Origin: an uncultured Nitrososphaerota archaeon
GTDB lineage: Archaea > Thermoproteota > Nitrososphaeria > Nitrososphaerales > Gagatemarchaeaceae
Assembly: GCA_963718895.1 (NCBI GenBank)
Contig: CAVRAG010000007.1
Span: forward strand, 64,001 to 128,000
Direction of reading: 5' to 3'
Length of the DNA: 64,000 nt
Part shown: positions 39,555 through 49,570 of the stretch, one piece after another
How positions within the stretch are numbered: the stretch's first letter is position 1
How the letters are laid out: the number at the start of each line of letters is the position of its first letter
Notes under the pieces: model-generated
Database searches by the model: none
The model's input: only the letters and a program-made list of their open reading frames with translations
What the model was told of the DNA's origin: nothing
Translations under genes and position numbers: made by a program

Positions 39555-39637
39555 CTTGCGTGTGTCTGAATAAGTATTGCGGGACCAAAGAGTCGTTCGG
39601 ACAAACGGTTATATCAGAAAAACCGGTCCTGGACCTC

Positions 39638-41059
39638 ATGCAGAGCAAGGGCATGTCCTCGCAGAAGGGGATTGTCATCGCTCTGGTGGCGTCCCTGGTC
39701 GTGATCGCGGCGGTGGGTTACGGATACTCGGGTCTCACCGCCTCCATCGGTCGAGAGCAGTCGAGCCTGTCGTCGCTCGGGGGAGAGGTCCAGTCACTGC
39801 AGGCCTTGGGTTCGCCTAGCCCCACGGCAACTACCGTCACCGTGACCCAGACCTTGATCACCGCGTTGGCTAACCCCCAGACAGGCACGGCGACGACTTC
39901 CCAGACCACGACTCTTCATACGACCGAGACCGGGCAGCTTACGACCACGACAACGATCTGCGTGACTACCAGCGGGTCCGGCCAGAACTCAACGGGAGGC
40001 CAGCAGATCACACAATGCGGGAGCGGAACCCCGACCCACTATCAGGTCCAGTTCGCTGTGGTGCCGTCGGGAGCAGGGACAACCGCCCCGTCGACCAACA
40101 CTACCGCCGGAATCCAGAGACAGGGGATACTCATCCAGATAACCGCCTCGGCGAAGACCGGGTACTCGTTCGCTTCGTGGACAGCCACGAGCGTCTCAAT
40201 TACCTTCGGCTGCGCCACGTGTACGACCACGAGCGCGGAGATAGACGGCTCGGGCACCATCGTGGCCAACTTCGCGGCCCAGAACGGCCCGGCGTACGTC
40301 ACCCAGTCGTGCTCCGCCCACGGCCTGGACCTGAAGACGGTCTCCTGCTCTCTTCCGTCGCCGGTCGTGATGGGACAGACGATCCTGCTCGAGACGGCGG
40401 TGGTCCCGCCCACGGCAGTCAGGGACAGCATGGGCGACCAGTTCACGCTCCTAGACCAGACGAGCTGTCCCTGCAGCAGCACGTACATGCTCCAGGTCTA
40501 CACGGCCACCGCGTCGGCTTCGGGCCCCGACACGTTCACAGTCCAGGGTCCGGGGAACTATGACGCGTTGCTCGTCCATGTGCTTGCGGGCGTGATAGGA
40601 ACGGCGGGCTCGACCACCGGCTCCGGCCTCTCAACCACACCGACGGTGCCTGCCTTCTCACCGCCGCAGGGGAGCCTAGTGGTCGGCGTGGCACTGGTCA
40701 ACAACACAGAGGGCGTCTTCAACTCGACGGTGAACTCGGGGAGCGGTTATACCCTGCTCACGGTCGGACCCAGCATCGCCGACGAGGACTGGATCTCCTC
40801 GGGCAACGCGACGACCTCGCCGTTCTCGCTCCAGCAGCCAGAGCGATGGGCAGAGGTCTCGGTCGTCTTCACCACCTCGGCCACCGTCCTCACGACGAGC
40901 ACCATGGGCGAGAACATGCTCCCTAGGGTCTCGACAGGCACAGGCTCCCTCGCCATCGTCCTCCTCCTCGGCTCAGCGGCCGCGTCCGGAGGGGCACCGG
41001 AGGTCCTGGTGAAGACCCCAAGAATTGGGAAAACGGTTTTATGCGATAGGTCCGCCTGA
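39638..41059 (+). CDS. Thr-rich cell-surface protein with a beta-sandwich/InlB-B-like repeat
   Basis: N-terminal TM, short coiled segment, T-rich linker, ITASAKTGYSFASW...IVANF repeat, hydrophobic C-terminus; TTATAT at 39609. Confidence 0.7.
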   Translation: MQSKGMSSQKGIVIALVASLVVIAAVGYGYSGLTASIGREQSSLSSLGGEVQSLQALGSPSPTATTVTVTQTLITALANPQTGTATTSQTTTLHTTETGQLTTTTTICVTTSGSGQNSTGGQQITQCGSGTPTHYQVQFAVVPSGAGTTAPSTNTTAGIQRQGILIQITASAKTGYSFASWTATSVSITFGCATCTTTSAEIDGSGTIVANFAAQNGPAYVTQSCSAHGLDLKTVSCSLPSPVVMGQTILLETAVVPPTAVRDSMGDQFTLLDQTSCPCSSTYMLQVYTATASASGPDTFTVQGPGNYDALLVHVLAGVIGTAGSTTGSGLSTTPTVPAFSPPQGSLVVGVALVNNTEGVFNSTVNSGSGYTLLTVGPSIADEDWISSGNATTSPFSLQQPERWAEVSVVFTTSATVLTTSTMGENMLPRVSTGTGSLAIVLLLGSAAASGGAPEVLVKTPRIGKTVLCDRSA

Positions 41060-41064
41060 CACAC

Positions 41065-41679
41065 ATGGAACACCTAGCCAGGGAGCAGCTGCCCCCTGGA
41101 CAGTTCTGGGGTCGCAAGTTTGTGATTTACGCGGCGAGTGGCATCCCTAAGGTCGATGTGAACGCATGGAGGCTCAGGGTCACGGGCCTGGTCACGACGC
41201 CGCTGGAGTTCACATACGAAGAGTTCGGCAAGCTCCCGATGGTGACCGAGATCAACTCGGCGCACTGCGTGACAAAGTGGAGCATCGAGCGGCCCCAGTG
41301 GGAGGGTGTCTCGATAAAGTTCCTCGCCGAGAAGGCGCAGGTCAAGCCCGAGGCGACCTGGGTGATGTTCCACTGTCTTGACGAGTACACCGCCCCGATC
41401 CCCTTGGAGGACGCGCTGCGGGACGACTCGATGGTAGCGCTGAAGATGAACGGGAGCCCTCTGCTTCCACAGCAGGGGTTCCCCGCACGCCCTTTCATGC
41501 CACACCTCTACCTCTGGAAGAGCGCCAAGTGGCTCACCGAGATCGAGTTCATCTCGGAGTACAGGGATGGATACTGGGAGAAGTACGGTTACCACGAGAG
41601 GGGGAACGTCGACGGCGAGGAGCGGTTCAAGGGGGACGGCTACAAGCCCGTTCCAAGGCGCGCGTTCGGGACGGCCTAG
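41065..41679 (+). CDS. Sulfite-oxidase-family molybdopterin oxidoreductase (YuiH-like)
   Basis: LPPGQ, HCVTKWS, GFPAR, WKSAKW, GYWEKYGYH. Confidence 0.9.
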   Translation: MEHLAREQLPPGQFWGRKFVIYAASGIPKVDVNAWRLRVTGLVTTPLEFTYEEFGKLPMVTEINSAHCVTKWSIERPQWEGVSIKFLAEKAQVKPEATWVMFHCLDEYTAPIPLEDALRDDSMVALKMNGSPLLPQQGFPARPFMPHLYLWKSAKWLTEIEFISEYRDGYWEKYGYHERGNVDGEERFKGDGYKPVPRRAFGTA

Positions 41680-41747
41680 GCGAGAGCGGCCCGGGCTCAC
41701 GGCCCAGAGAAGACTTAGAAAGCGAAGATTCGCCGCGGCCTGAAGGC

Positions 41748-43227
41748 ATGCCCATCACTTTCGAGGTCAAGGAGACGGACCTTATGGGCAGGATAGGAGT
41801 CCTGAAGGTGGGCGGGAAGAGCATCGAGACCCCCTGTCTCGTCCCGGTCATCCATCCGGTCCTGCGCGACATCCCTCTGGCCAAGTACACCGAGATGGGC
41901 TTCGGCGCCCTGATGACCAACTCCTTCATCGCGTTCAAGCGGAGAAAGGAGGAGGCGCTCGAGAAGGGCCTGCACAGGATGCTCGGCTACGACGGGGTCA
42001 TCATGACCGACTCGGGAGGCTACCAGGTCCTGCAGTACGGTCAGGTCGATATGACTCCGAGCGTCATCGCGGAGTTCCAGGCCGCCGTCGGTTCAGACCT
42101 TGCCGTGACGCTGGACAGGCCGACCGGCTACTCGCTCTCGGAGGAGTACGCCCGCGAGACCATGAAGGTGAGCCTGGAGGGCGCGAGGGAGACGATCAAG
42201 AAGTTCGGAACCTCGGCGACCACCTGGGTGGGGCCGATCCAGGGCGGCCTCTTCGGCGGCCTCGTCAGGACCTCGACCCGAGCGCTGCTCAGGGCGGGGT
42301 TCGAGGTCCTCGCGCTGGGCAGTCCCGTCGAGATGATGGACAACTACCTGTTCGACGACCTCGTCCGCATGATAGTCGCCGCTCGGAGGGCGATGCCCTA
42401 CTCCGTACCACTCCACCTCTTCGGCGCAGGGCACCCGCTCACCCTTCCCCTCTCGGTGGCGCTCGGCTGCGACACCTTCGACTCGGCGAGCTACGTCCTC
42501 TTCGCCAGACAGGGCAGGTACATGACCGAGAGAGGGACGCTTATCCTCGAGGAGATGACATACCTCCCCTGCAGCTGCCCGACCTGCAACTCGACGACCA
42601 AGACTGACCTCGTGCTCATGGAGAGGAGAGAGAGAGTGAACAAGCTATCCCTCCACAACCTCTACCTGCTCAGACAGGACGTCCTCCGCTGCAAGGAGGC
42701 GATCTCAGAGGGACGGCTCTGGGACCTCGTCGAGGAGAGGGCCGCCGCCCACCCCAGGGTGATGACCGCATTCCGCGAGCTGGCCAAGAACAGCGGGTGG
42801 CTCGCGGCAGGGACCCCATTTCTCAAGGAGCGCGGCCTGCTCGTGCGCAGCGAGATCGACGGGTCCCGCCCCGAGGTCGAAAGGGCCCGTGAGCACCTCG
42901 CGCCGATCGATGAGGAGACGGTCGAGCGGCGCCATACTGGTAGTCCCTGAAGGAGACGGCCCGCTCTCGAGGAGCCCGCTCTATCAGCTGGCTCTGAAGC
43001 TGATGAAGAGAGGTCCCGGCCGCGACGTCTACAAGCTCCACCGCCTTCTAGGCCCCTATCCGGCGGAGCTCGAGTTCGTGTATCCTTTCACCCAGACAGT
43101 CGCCGACGGGGAGCTCGACCGCGGGCAGGTCCGGGAGGCGGTCCGGCGGCTGAGGAAGATGGGATACTCGTCGGTGGTCCTCTGCGAGAAGCCCAGGGCC
43201 AAGACGGACGCGAAGAGAGACGCCTAG
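41748..43227 (+). CDS. tgtA: Archaeosine tRNA-guanine(15) transglycosylase; frameshift near 42905
   Basis: MTDSGGYQ, GPIQGG, HLFGAGHP, CDTFDSASY, CSCPTC...HN, LWDLVEERA; C-terminal GPYPAEL..YP in ORF 42889-43227. Confidence 0.92.
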
Positions 43228-43934
43228 GAGTAGATGGCGCTCGAGGGTCCGCGTTCCCTGTCCTTCTGGGCCATGCCCATCAGCTCCCTCTCAAGCTCCT
43301 CGGCGCCCTTGATCAGGGGCGCGGTGCTGACCTTGAACCCGTAGCGTTTCGCCAGGAACTCGACCGCGCTCGCCGAGGCCCTCGGGTCGACCCTCTCGGT
43401 GTTCGAGTAGGCCAGGAGCGCGTAGGCGGGGATGTTGTGCATCTGCAGCGTGTTCAGGAGGATGGCGACCGGCCCGACAATCATCCTGCCTTCCTCGAGG
43501 ACCGGTTCGTCCTTCAGCTCCTCGAGCTTCGCCATCGCGTCCGTCACCACCACCCTGTACTTCGAGTCGTCACCCCGTAGCGAGTCGTCCAGGCCGCCGA
43601 TGAGCGCAACCTCGTGGACCCCCGACTCGACGATCCACTGCCCCAGCTCCCTGAAGAACTTGTTCTCGTTCTCCCTGAGAGGCGGTACGTCGGCTTTGAG
43701 CAGCGCCAGGTCTCCCGCGACGAAGAGCTCGTAGGGCGTCGAGATCATGCTGTTGAGAGTGGAGGAGACCGCGGGGGCGAACTCCGAGTCGATGTAGAAC
43801 GCGCGTTTGGCCTTCAGCTCCTCGATCAGGAACTTGACGGACCAGTAGCCCGTCGCGCCGATCCCGTGGAACCCCGCGATGAGGGTCTTGGTCTTCAGAC
43901 CCTTCCCCTCTGGTATTATCCGGATCGATGACAA
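43224..43934 (-). CDS. PAC2-family proteasome assembly chaperone
   Basis: LIAGFHGIGATG, LIGGLD, IVGPVA, DPRA, C-terminal IYS; TTG start about 30 nt after a TTTAAG. Confidence 0.85.
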   Translation of the reverse strand: MSSIRIIPEGKGLKTKTLIAGFHGIGATGYWSVKFLIEELKAKRAFYIDSEFAPAVSSTLNSMISTPYELFVAGDLALLKADVPPLRENENKFFRELGQWIVESGVHEVALIGGLDDSLRGDDSKYRVVVTDAMAKLEELKDEPVLEEGRMIVGPVAILLNTLQMHNIPAYALLAYSNTERVDPRASASAVEFLAKRYGFKVSTAPLIKGAEELERELMGMAQKDRERGPSSAIYS

Positions 43935-44039
43935 GGAGATTACCCCGCTCCGGGAGCCTCTCCTTAAACTCATCTGTTGGAGTCCATTCGCTCGACCCTC
44001 TGAAAGCCTGATAAAGCTCGAGGCTCACCGGAGACACGC

Positions 44040-44867
44040 ATGACTCAGTTGAGCCGTTCCAGGGTCAGCTTCCCGGGACCATCTCATCCGGTGAACGCCT
44101 ACGTCTCCAAGCCCGACGACGGCGGGAGGCACCCAGGCCTCATCCTGATTCACGAGATATGGGGCCTGAACCAGCAGATTGAGGGGGTCGCAGACCGGTT
44201 CGCGAACGAGGGTTATGCGGTGGCTGCTCCGGACCTCATGGGCTCCGACCCGAAGCTCGCACCGGTCTTCGCCGCGGAGAGCGTCGCGGCGGTCAGGCGA
44301 TTCATGGCGACGCTCCAGCCGGGGAGGATGCGGGACCAGTCATATCAGCAGCAGGAGCTCGCCAAGCTCCCCGAAGGCGAGAGGGCCACGGTAGGGAGGT
44401 TCTACTCGGTGGCCTTCGGGGGCGCGCTCCCCTACGGGAGGTTCCTCGAGGAGCTGTCCTCTACCCACGCACACCTAGCGGAGCAGCCGTCCGTAATCCC
44501 CGCGAGGATCGGCAGCCTAGGGTTCTGCTTCGGCGGGTCGATGTCCGCGAGGCTCGCCTGTACCGGAAAGACGCAGGCCTGCGTGGTCTTCTACGGCCAG
44601 AACCCAGACCCGATAGACCTCGTCGAGAAGATGAACTGCCCGTTTCTGGGCAACTACGGAGGCGAGGACGCCGGGCTGGACGCGACCCTGGACAAGCTGG
44701 TCGCTGCGATGGTGAGGTACAAGAAGGACTTTGAGATGAAAATCTACCCGGGCGCGCCCCACGCGTTCTTCAACGAGACGAGCCCTGCGACCTACAGGGA
44801 GGCCGCCGCGAAAGAGGCCTGGGAGAGGTCCCTCGGATTCCTCGACAGGACTCTGAAGCAGGGCTGA
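44040..44867 (+). CDS. Dienelactone hydrolase family protein
   Basis: HEIWGL, GFCFGG, YPGAPHAF. Confidence 0.92.
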   Translation: MTQLSRSRVSFPGPSHPVNAYVSKPDDGGRHPGLILIHEIWGLNQQIEGVADRFANEGYAVAAPDLMGSDPKLAPVFAAESVAAVRRFMATLQPGRMRDQSYQQQELAKLPEGERATVGRFYSVAFGGALPYGRFLEELSSTHAHLAEQPSVIPARIGSLGFCFGGSMSARLACTGKTQACVVFYGQNPDPIDLVEKMNCPFLGNYGGEDAGLDATLDKLVAAMVRYKKDFEMKIYPGAPHAFFNETSPATYREAAAKEAWERSLGFLDRTLKQG

Positions 44868-44973
44868 GCGGGGAGGCCGGGTCGCGGTCTCGGGGACCTG
44901 GGGCTAGTACACCCCGGACCACAGACAAACACTTAAAGAATGGCCGTCGAGGTCGAAAACGCTGCTTATAGTT

Positions 44974-46233
44974 ATGCAAGTTAAAGTCCTAGGGGCAGCC
45001 CGCCAGGTCGGCAGGTCGGGCTTCCAGATATCACATGGAGACACCAGCATCCTGCTCGACTATGGTGCCATGACGACGAAGGAACCGGGGTTCCCCGTCC
45101 ACGTCCAGCCGAAGACCGTCGACGGGCTCGTGCTCAGCCACGCTCACCTGGACCACTCGGGAGCCGCTCCCGTCTTCTTCATAGGAGGCGAGAAGGTGAA
45201 GATGCACGGGACGCCCGTCACCTCCGAGCTCTCGAGCATGCTCATCAACGACTTCATCAAGATCTCTGGTCCGTACCTCCCGTTCGAGTATCTGGACCTC
45301 CTGGCCATGGAGAAGAGCACCATAAACCACGGTTACAAGCAGAGCTTCCAGATCAAGGACATGACGATTACCTTCTACGACGCTGGCCACATCCCCGGCT
45401 CCTGCATAGTCGCCGTCGAGGCAGGATCGAAGCGGTTGATCTACACGGGCGACATCAACGGCGCCGAGACCGAGCTGCTCAATCCCTCGTTCAAGTCCCT
45501 CGGGGAGGCGGACATGGTCATCACCGAGAGCACCTACGCGACGGCCGAGCACCCGGAGAGGCAGAAGGTGGAGAGGGAGTTCGTTGCCTACGCCAACGAG
45601 GTGGTCGAGAGGGGAGGCGTCCTCCTAGCGCCGGCCTTCTCCGTGGGCAGGGCCCAGGAGCTCGCCATGACGCTCTACAGGCACGGCTTCAAGCATCCGA
45701 TAGGCATGGACGGGATGGCCCTCAAGGTCAACGAGATCATAATGCGGTACCAGGAGTACATCCGCGACCCCACCCTCTTCCGCAGGACGCTCGAGTCCAT
45801 GGAACAGATTACCGGGTGGTCACAGAGGAGGAACTTTATCCAGAGGCCTGGCGTGATAATCTCCCCCGCGGGGATGCTCGTGGGCGGCGCCTCGATCTTC
45901 TACAACGAGAGGCTCTCCCAGAAGGAGAAGAACGGCATCTCGCTCGTCAGCTTCCAGGTCCCGGGGACTCCGGGGAGGACGCTGCTCGACAGGGGCCTGA
46001 CGCTCATAAACGGCAAGCCGACGAAGGTCAAGGCCGAGGTCAGGAAGTTCGACTTCTCGTCGCACAGCGGCAGGACCACACTGCTCTCGGACCTCAAGGG
46101 CATCGGCGGCTCGCCGAGGTTCATGACTGTCCACGGAGAGGAGGAGAGCTGCGTCCAGCTCGCCACAGATCTCCACAACGAGCTTGGCGCCGAGACCTTC
46201 GCGCCCAAGGTAAGCGAAGTATACGAGGTCTAA
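44974..46233 (+). CDS. Beta-CASP metallo-beta-lactamase ribonuclease (aCPSF2-like)
   Basis: HAHLDHSG, AGHIPGS, YTGD, ESTY, FSSHS, VHGE. Confidence 0.9.
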   Translation: MQVKVLGAARQVGRSGFQISHGDTSILLDYGAMTTKEPGFPVHVQPKTVDGLVLSHAHLDHSGAAPVFFIGGEKVKMHGTPVTSELSSMLINDFIKISGPYLPFEYLDLLAMEKSTINHGYKQSFQIKDMTITFYDAGHIPGSCIVAVEAGSKRLIYTGDINGAETELLNPSFKSLGEADMVITESTYATAEHPERQKVEREFVAYANEVVERGGVLLAPAFSVGRAQELAMTLYRHGFKHPIGMDGMALKVNEIIMRYQEYIRDPTLFRRTLESMEQITGWSQRRNFIQRPGVIISPAGMLVGGASIFYNERLSQKEKNGISLVSFQVPGTPGRTLLDRGLTLINGKPTKVKAEVRKFDFSSHSGRTTLLSDLKGIGGSPRFMTVHGEEESCVQLATDLHNELGAETFAPKVSEVYEV

Positions 46234-46239
46234 CCCCTC

Positions 46240-47094
46240 TTGGGCGCAGACGTGGGACCAAGAGCCATCAACTCCAGCGGAATCGCCCTCACCCTGGGCT
46301 TCATCGTGGTCGTCCAGGCCGTCGCGCTCTACTTCACCTATGTGAACGCCCCCGTCACGGCCCAGGCGGGGGGTTCATTCGCCCCTGCGGGGACCTCTGA
46401 CTTCGGCTCTCTCTCCAACGCCGTTATCCTGGTCCTGGCTGTCTTCGCGACGACCCTGGCGGCGATCTGGCTCATCAGGAACAGGAGGGTCCGGATCTTC
46501 ACCTCCATAGTGTTCGTGGGGACGTCCCTTGCCCTCTTCCTCCTCACGCTCCTCACGGCCATCGATGTCACCTCCGGCTACATGTCAGACTACGCCTCCC
46601 TCTACCTCTCCCTGGCGCTCTCGGCCGGCGCGGTCCTGCTCTTCACCCTGAGCATCCGCAGGAGGAGGTTCCTGCTCGTCGCCCCGCTCGTCACCGGCCT
46701 CCTCTCCGCAGAGGTGGGCAGCTACTTCGCCTCGGCCATCCCCCTCTACACGGCGCTCATCCTCCCGCTCGTCTTCTCGGTCTACGACATCTACGCGGTC
46801 TTCGCCGGACCCCTCAGGCAGCTGGTCTCGATCGCGCCCCCGGAGGTGCTCACCGCCGTCACATCCCAGCTCGGGGAGTTCTCGATCGGGACGGGCGACA
46901 CCATATTCTATTCGATGCTCCCGGCACTCGCCCTCTACCAGTTCAACGTCGCCTATGCGCTCTACACGCTGGCGGCCGTGGACCTCGGGGTGATCGTGAC
47001 CCTCTACCTTCTCTCGAAGTCGAAACTGCTCCCCGGCCTGCCGATACCCATGGCGTTCGGGCTGGGGACGCTACTCCTGCTGATCTTCGCCTAG
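46240..47094 (+). CDS. Presenilin/SPP-like intramembrane aspartyl protease
   Basis: YDIYAV, GTGD and LPGLP motifs within TM segments. Confidence 0.88.
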   Translation: MGADVGPRAINSSGIALTLGFIVVVQAVALYFTYVNAPVTAQAGGSFAPAGTSDFGSLSNAVILVLAVFATTLAAIWLIRNRRVRIFTSIVFVGTSLALFLLTLLTAIDVTSGYMSDYASLYLSLALSAGAVLLFTLSIRRRRFLLVAPLVTGLLSAEVGSYFASAIPLYTALILPLVFSVYDIYAVFAGPLRQLVSIAPPEVLTAVTSQLGEFSIGTGDTIFYSMLPALALYQFNVAYALYTLAAVDLGVIVTLYLLSKSKLLPGLPIPMAFGLGTLLLLIFA

Positions 47095-47285
47095 AGCTCG
47101 ACGAGCGGGGCCTTCGAGCCCTTGGTGAGGGCCTCGACCTCGCCCTCCTTCGTCTTGTAGGTGTAGAGCTGGTCGGCGGTCCTGATCTTTATCTTGGTGG
47201 AATCTCCCTTCCTGAGCACACGGATCTCTGTGGCCGAAGGCAGGAGCTTCTGGAACTCCTCCTTGCTCATTATCTCTCTTGGCAT
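47091..47285 (-). CDS. rpl38e: 50S ribosomal protein L38e
   Basis: MPREI...F...TKIKIRT..LYT. Confidence 0.85.
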   Translation of the reverse strand: MPREIMSKEEFQKLLPSATEIRVLRKGDSTKIKIRTADQLYTYKTKEGEVEALTKGSKAPLVEL

Positions 47286-47421
47286 AGAGCGTGGCCCTGC
47301 CACGGGCTGGATTTAATCGTTCACCATGCCTTCCTTCTCCGCCCAGCGGAGGTCCTTCCGGTCCCCTCGGGGGAGGGGTTCGGAGCCGAAGAGAGACAGG
47401 TAGGCTGGTCCGAGAGAGGCG

Positions 47422-47973
47422 CTACCTACTCTCTGTCTGACGGTCCTGGATAACCTTCACGAGCCTGCTCAACTGCTGGTCGAGACCCAGCGCAGCCTGT
47501 TGCGTCCATTCGATGTCGTGCATCTCGTCCTGGGTCAACGTCAGCCTTACTCCCGCGGGGGAGTCATGGAGCTCGACGACCGTCGTGATCTCATAGTTAG
47601 CGACGCCGGGGACGAAGTCGACGGTTGTCCTGTAGGCGAGACGCGAGCGCGGGACGACCTCCGTGTAGGTCGAGCGACCTATGTTGAGGAGCGGCAGGCC
47701 GGCCGCTGTCAGCGCCTCGACCTGGGGATCGTCGGTCGCCTTCATGGCGTACTCGAACGTCCCGCCTGGACGGAGGTCCAACGACCTGACCTTCGTCACG
47801 AACCCGTAGGGCCCCCACCAGGACTCGAGGCCCGCGCTCGTCGTCCAGAGGTCCCACGTCTCGTCCAGAGATGCCTTGAAGATTCGCTCGAGCGTGACCT
47901 TCCCCCTCCTGGGCCCCGGTGACTTGGCCCGCGTCTTCCTTGCCTTCTTTGGCGCGACTGCGGTCCTAGGCAT
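47422..47973 (-). CDS. SRPBCC/AHSA1-domain protein
   Basis: LERIF...W.LWT...WWGP.GF...DLRPGG. Confidence 0.88.
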   Translation of the reverse strand: MPRTAVAPKKARKTRAKSPGPRRGKVTLERIFKASLDETWDLWTTSAGLESWWGPYGFVTKVRSLDLRPGGTFEYAMKATDDPQVEALTAAGLPLLNIGRSTYTEVVPRSRLAYRTTVDFVPGVANYEITTVVELHDSPAGVRLTLTQDEMHDIEWTQQAALGLDQQLSRLVKVIQDRQTESR

Positions 47974-48085
47974 GCACGGCCCCCCCTCCAATTCGTAGAT
48001 AGACGTTGCCCTTCAGGGCACCTCCGCAGACCGAGGGGCCCGGTCACCTCTTCGTTATATACTCGGCCAGGCGCAAAACAACGAG

Positions 48086-49570
48086 ATGACTTCTGGGGCC
48101 ATCCTGGTGAAGGACTATGCAATCAAGCGCGTATCGACGGGCAACGCCGACCTCGACGAGCTTCTGAGCGGGGGCGTTCCGAGGGGGAGCCTGATCCTCG
48201 TGGCGGGCAACCCGGGGACGGGTAAGACGATATTCACCGCCGGCTTCCTCTATGACGGGGCCAGGAACAAGGGCGAGAGCGGGATCTACATCTCCTTCAG
48301 CGAGGGCAAGCGAAGCTTCTACGAGGAGATGAAGACGGTAGGGCTCGACTTTGAGAGCATCGAGAAGGAGGGCCGCTTCCACTTCCTCGAGATGTTCTCG
48401 GCTACGAGGGAGGGAATGGGAAGGTTGACCTCCGACATTGTCGAGGCGATAAAGAAGTTCGAGGCGAAGCGGCTTGTGATTGACTCGTACTCGGTCATGG
48501 CCCAGGCGACCGGGGGCCATTACGAAGGACGGCAGATCCTCCACACGGTCCTGAGCAAGGTCGTGAGGAACCTTGGGTGCACGACACTTATCATCGCGGA
48601 GCAGCCGAGCGGGGACCTTCGTCTGGGGGACGCGTCAGAGGAGTTCGTGGCAGACGGCGTCCTGAACTTGAAGATGACCATCCCCCGCGAGCTCGAGATC
48701 AGGAAGATGAGGGGGACGAGGCTGAAGACGAGGGACGCCCTCTACACGATAGACAACGGCTTCCGCGTCGCGACGACCAGGCTGAGATCCCCCGCCGCAC
48801 CCCAGAGATGGAAGCCCATCCCTGACTCAGGGGAGCTCATCTCCACAGGCAGTTCGGACTTTGATGCGATACTCGGAGGAGGTTTCCCCAAGGGATCGTA
48901 CTTCGTGGTCGAGATGGCGACCGACGTGCAGATCAGCGAGATGCGCCTCGTCACCCGCGCCATCTCGTTGAACTTCATCAATCAGGGCAGGGGGACCATG
49001 ATAGTCCCCACCGGCGGCGTCGATGGCCGGGGGATCAAGGAAGCGTGGAGCCCCTACACGACGGAGAAGGAGTTCGATAGCTACGTGAGGATCCAGGAGC
49101 CCGTCCCGGGACTCAAAAAGAAAGAGTCCGAGAAGGCGAAGCACCCGTACACGGTCCCCGTCATGCTCGCCGAAGGAGCCAGGGACGAGAAGGAGATCGA
49201 CGCAAGCTCTGAGTCCTTCGACGCCGCCTACGACGACCTGAAGGCCAGGACTCACGGCCACCCGGTCCTCAGGAACATCGGCTACGACAACATTGAGGCC
49301 AGCTACGCGAGGTTCCCCGAGAAGCTCCTGAACGAGGTCGGGACGGCCATAGTTCAGACCAGGTTGAGGGGGGACCTGACCATGGGCATCGCCCGGCCGA
49401 ACTTCTTCATACTGCCGAAGGTGCTCGGCATGGTCGACCTACACGTCAAGCTATGGAAGAAGGACGGGGTGCTGTTGCTCCAGGGCGTGAAGCCCTACAC
49501 GAACATCTATTCCGTAGACTGCGACGTTACGCTAGGATATCCCGTGATGAAGCTCTCGATAATGATCTAG
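48086..49570 (+). CDS. KaiC/RAD55-family ATPase with a degenerate second (GvpD-like) domain
   Basis: GNPGTGKT, SFSE, IDS, KMRGT; second domain starts ISTG..DFD.ILGGGFPKG but has no Walker A. Confidence 0.85.
   Translation: MTSGAILVKDYAIKRVSTGNADLDELLSGGVPRGSLILVAGNPGTGKTIFTAGFLYDGARNKGESGIYISFSEGKRSFYEEMKTVGLDFESIEKEGRFHFLEMFSATREGMGRLTSDIVEAIKKFEAKRLVIDSYSVMAQATGGHYEGRQILHTVLSKVVRNLGCTTLIIAEQPSGDLRLGDASEEFVADGVLNLKMTIPRELEIRKMRGTRLKTRDALYTIDNGFRVATTRLRSPAAPQRWKPIPDSGELISTGSSDFDAILGGGFPKGSYFVVEMATDVQISEMRLVTRAISLNFINQGRGTMIVPTGGVDGRGIKEAWSPYTTEKEFDSYVRIQEPVPGLKKKESEKAKHPYTVPVMLAEGARDEKEIDASSESFDAAYDDLKARTHGHPVLRNIGYDNIEASYARFPEKLLNEVGTAIVQTRLRGDLTMGIARPNFFILPKVLGMVDLHVKLWKKDGVLLLQGVKPYTNIYSVDCDVTLGYPVMKLSIMI

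Noticed and set aside
48086-49570. Circadian KaiC or gas-vesicle cluster
   Set aside because: The second domain lacks Walker A; no kaiB or gvpA in the window
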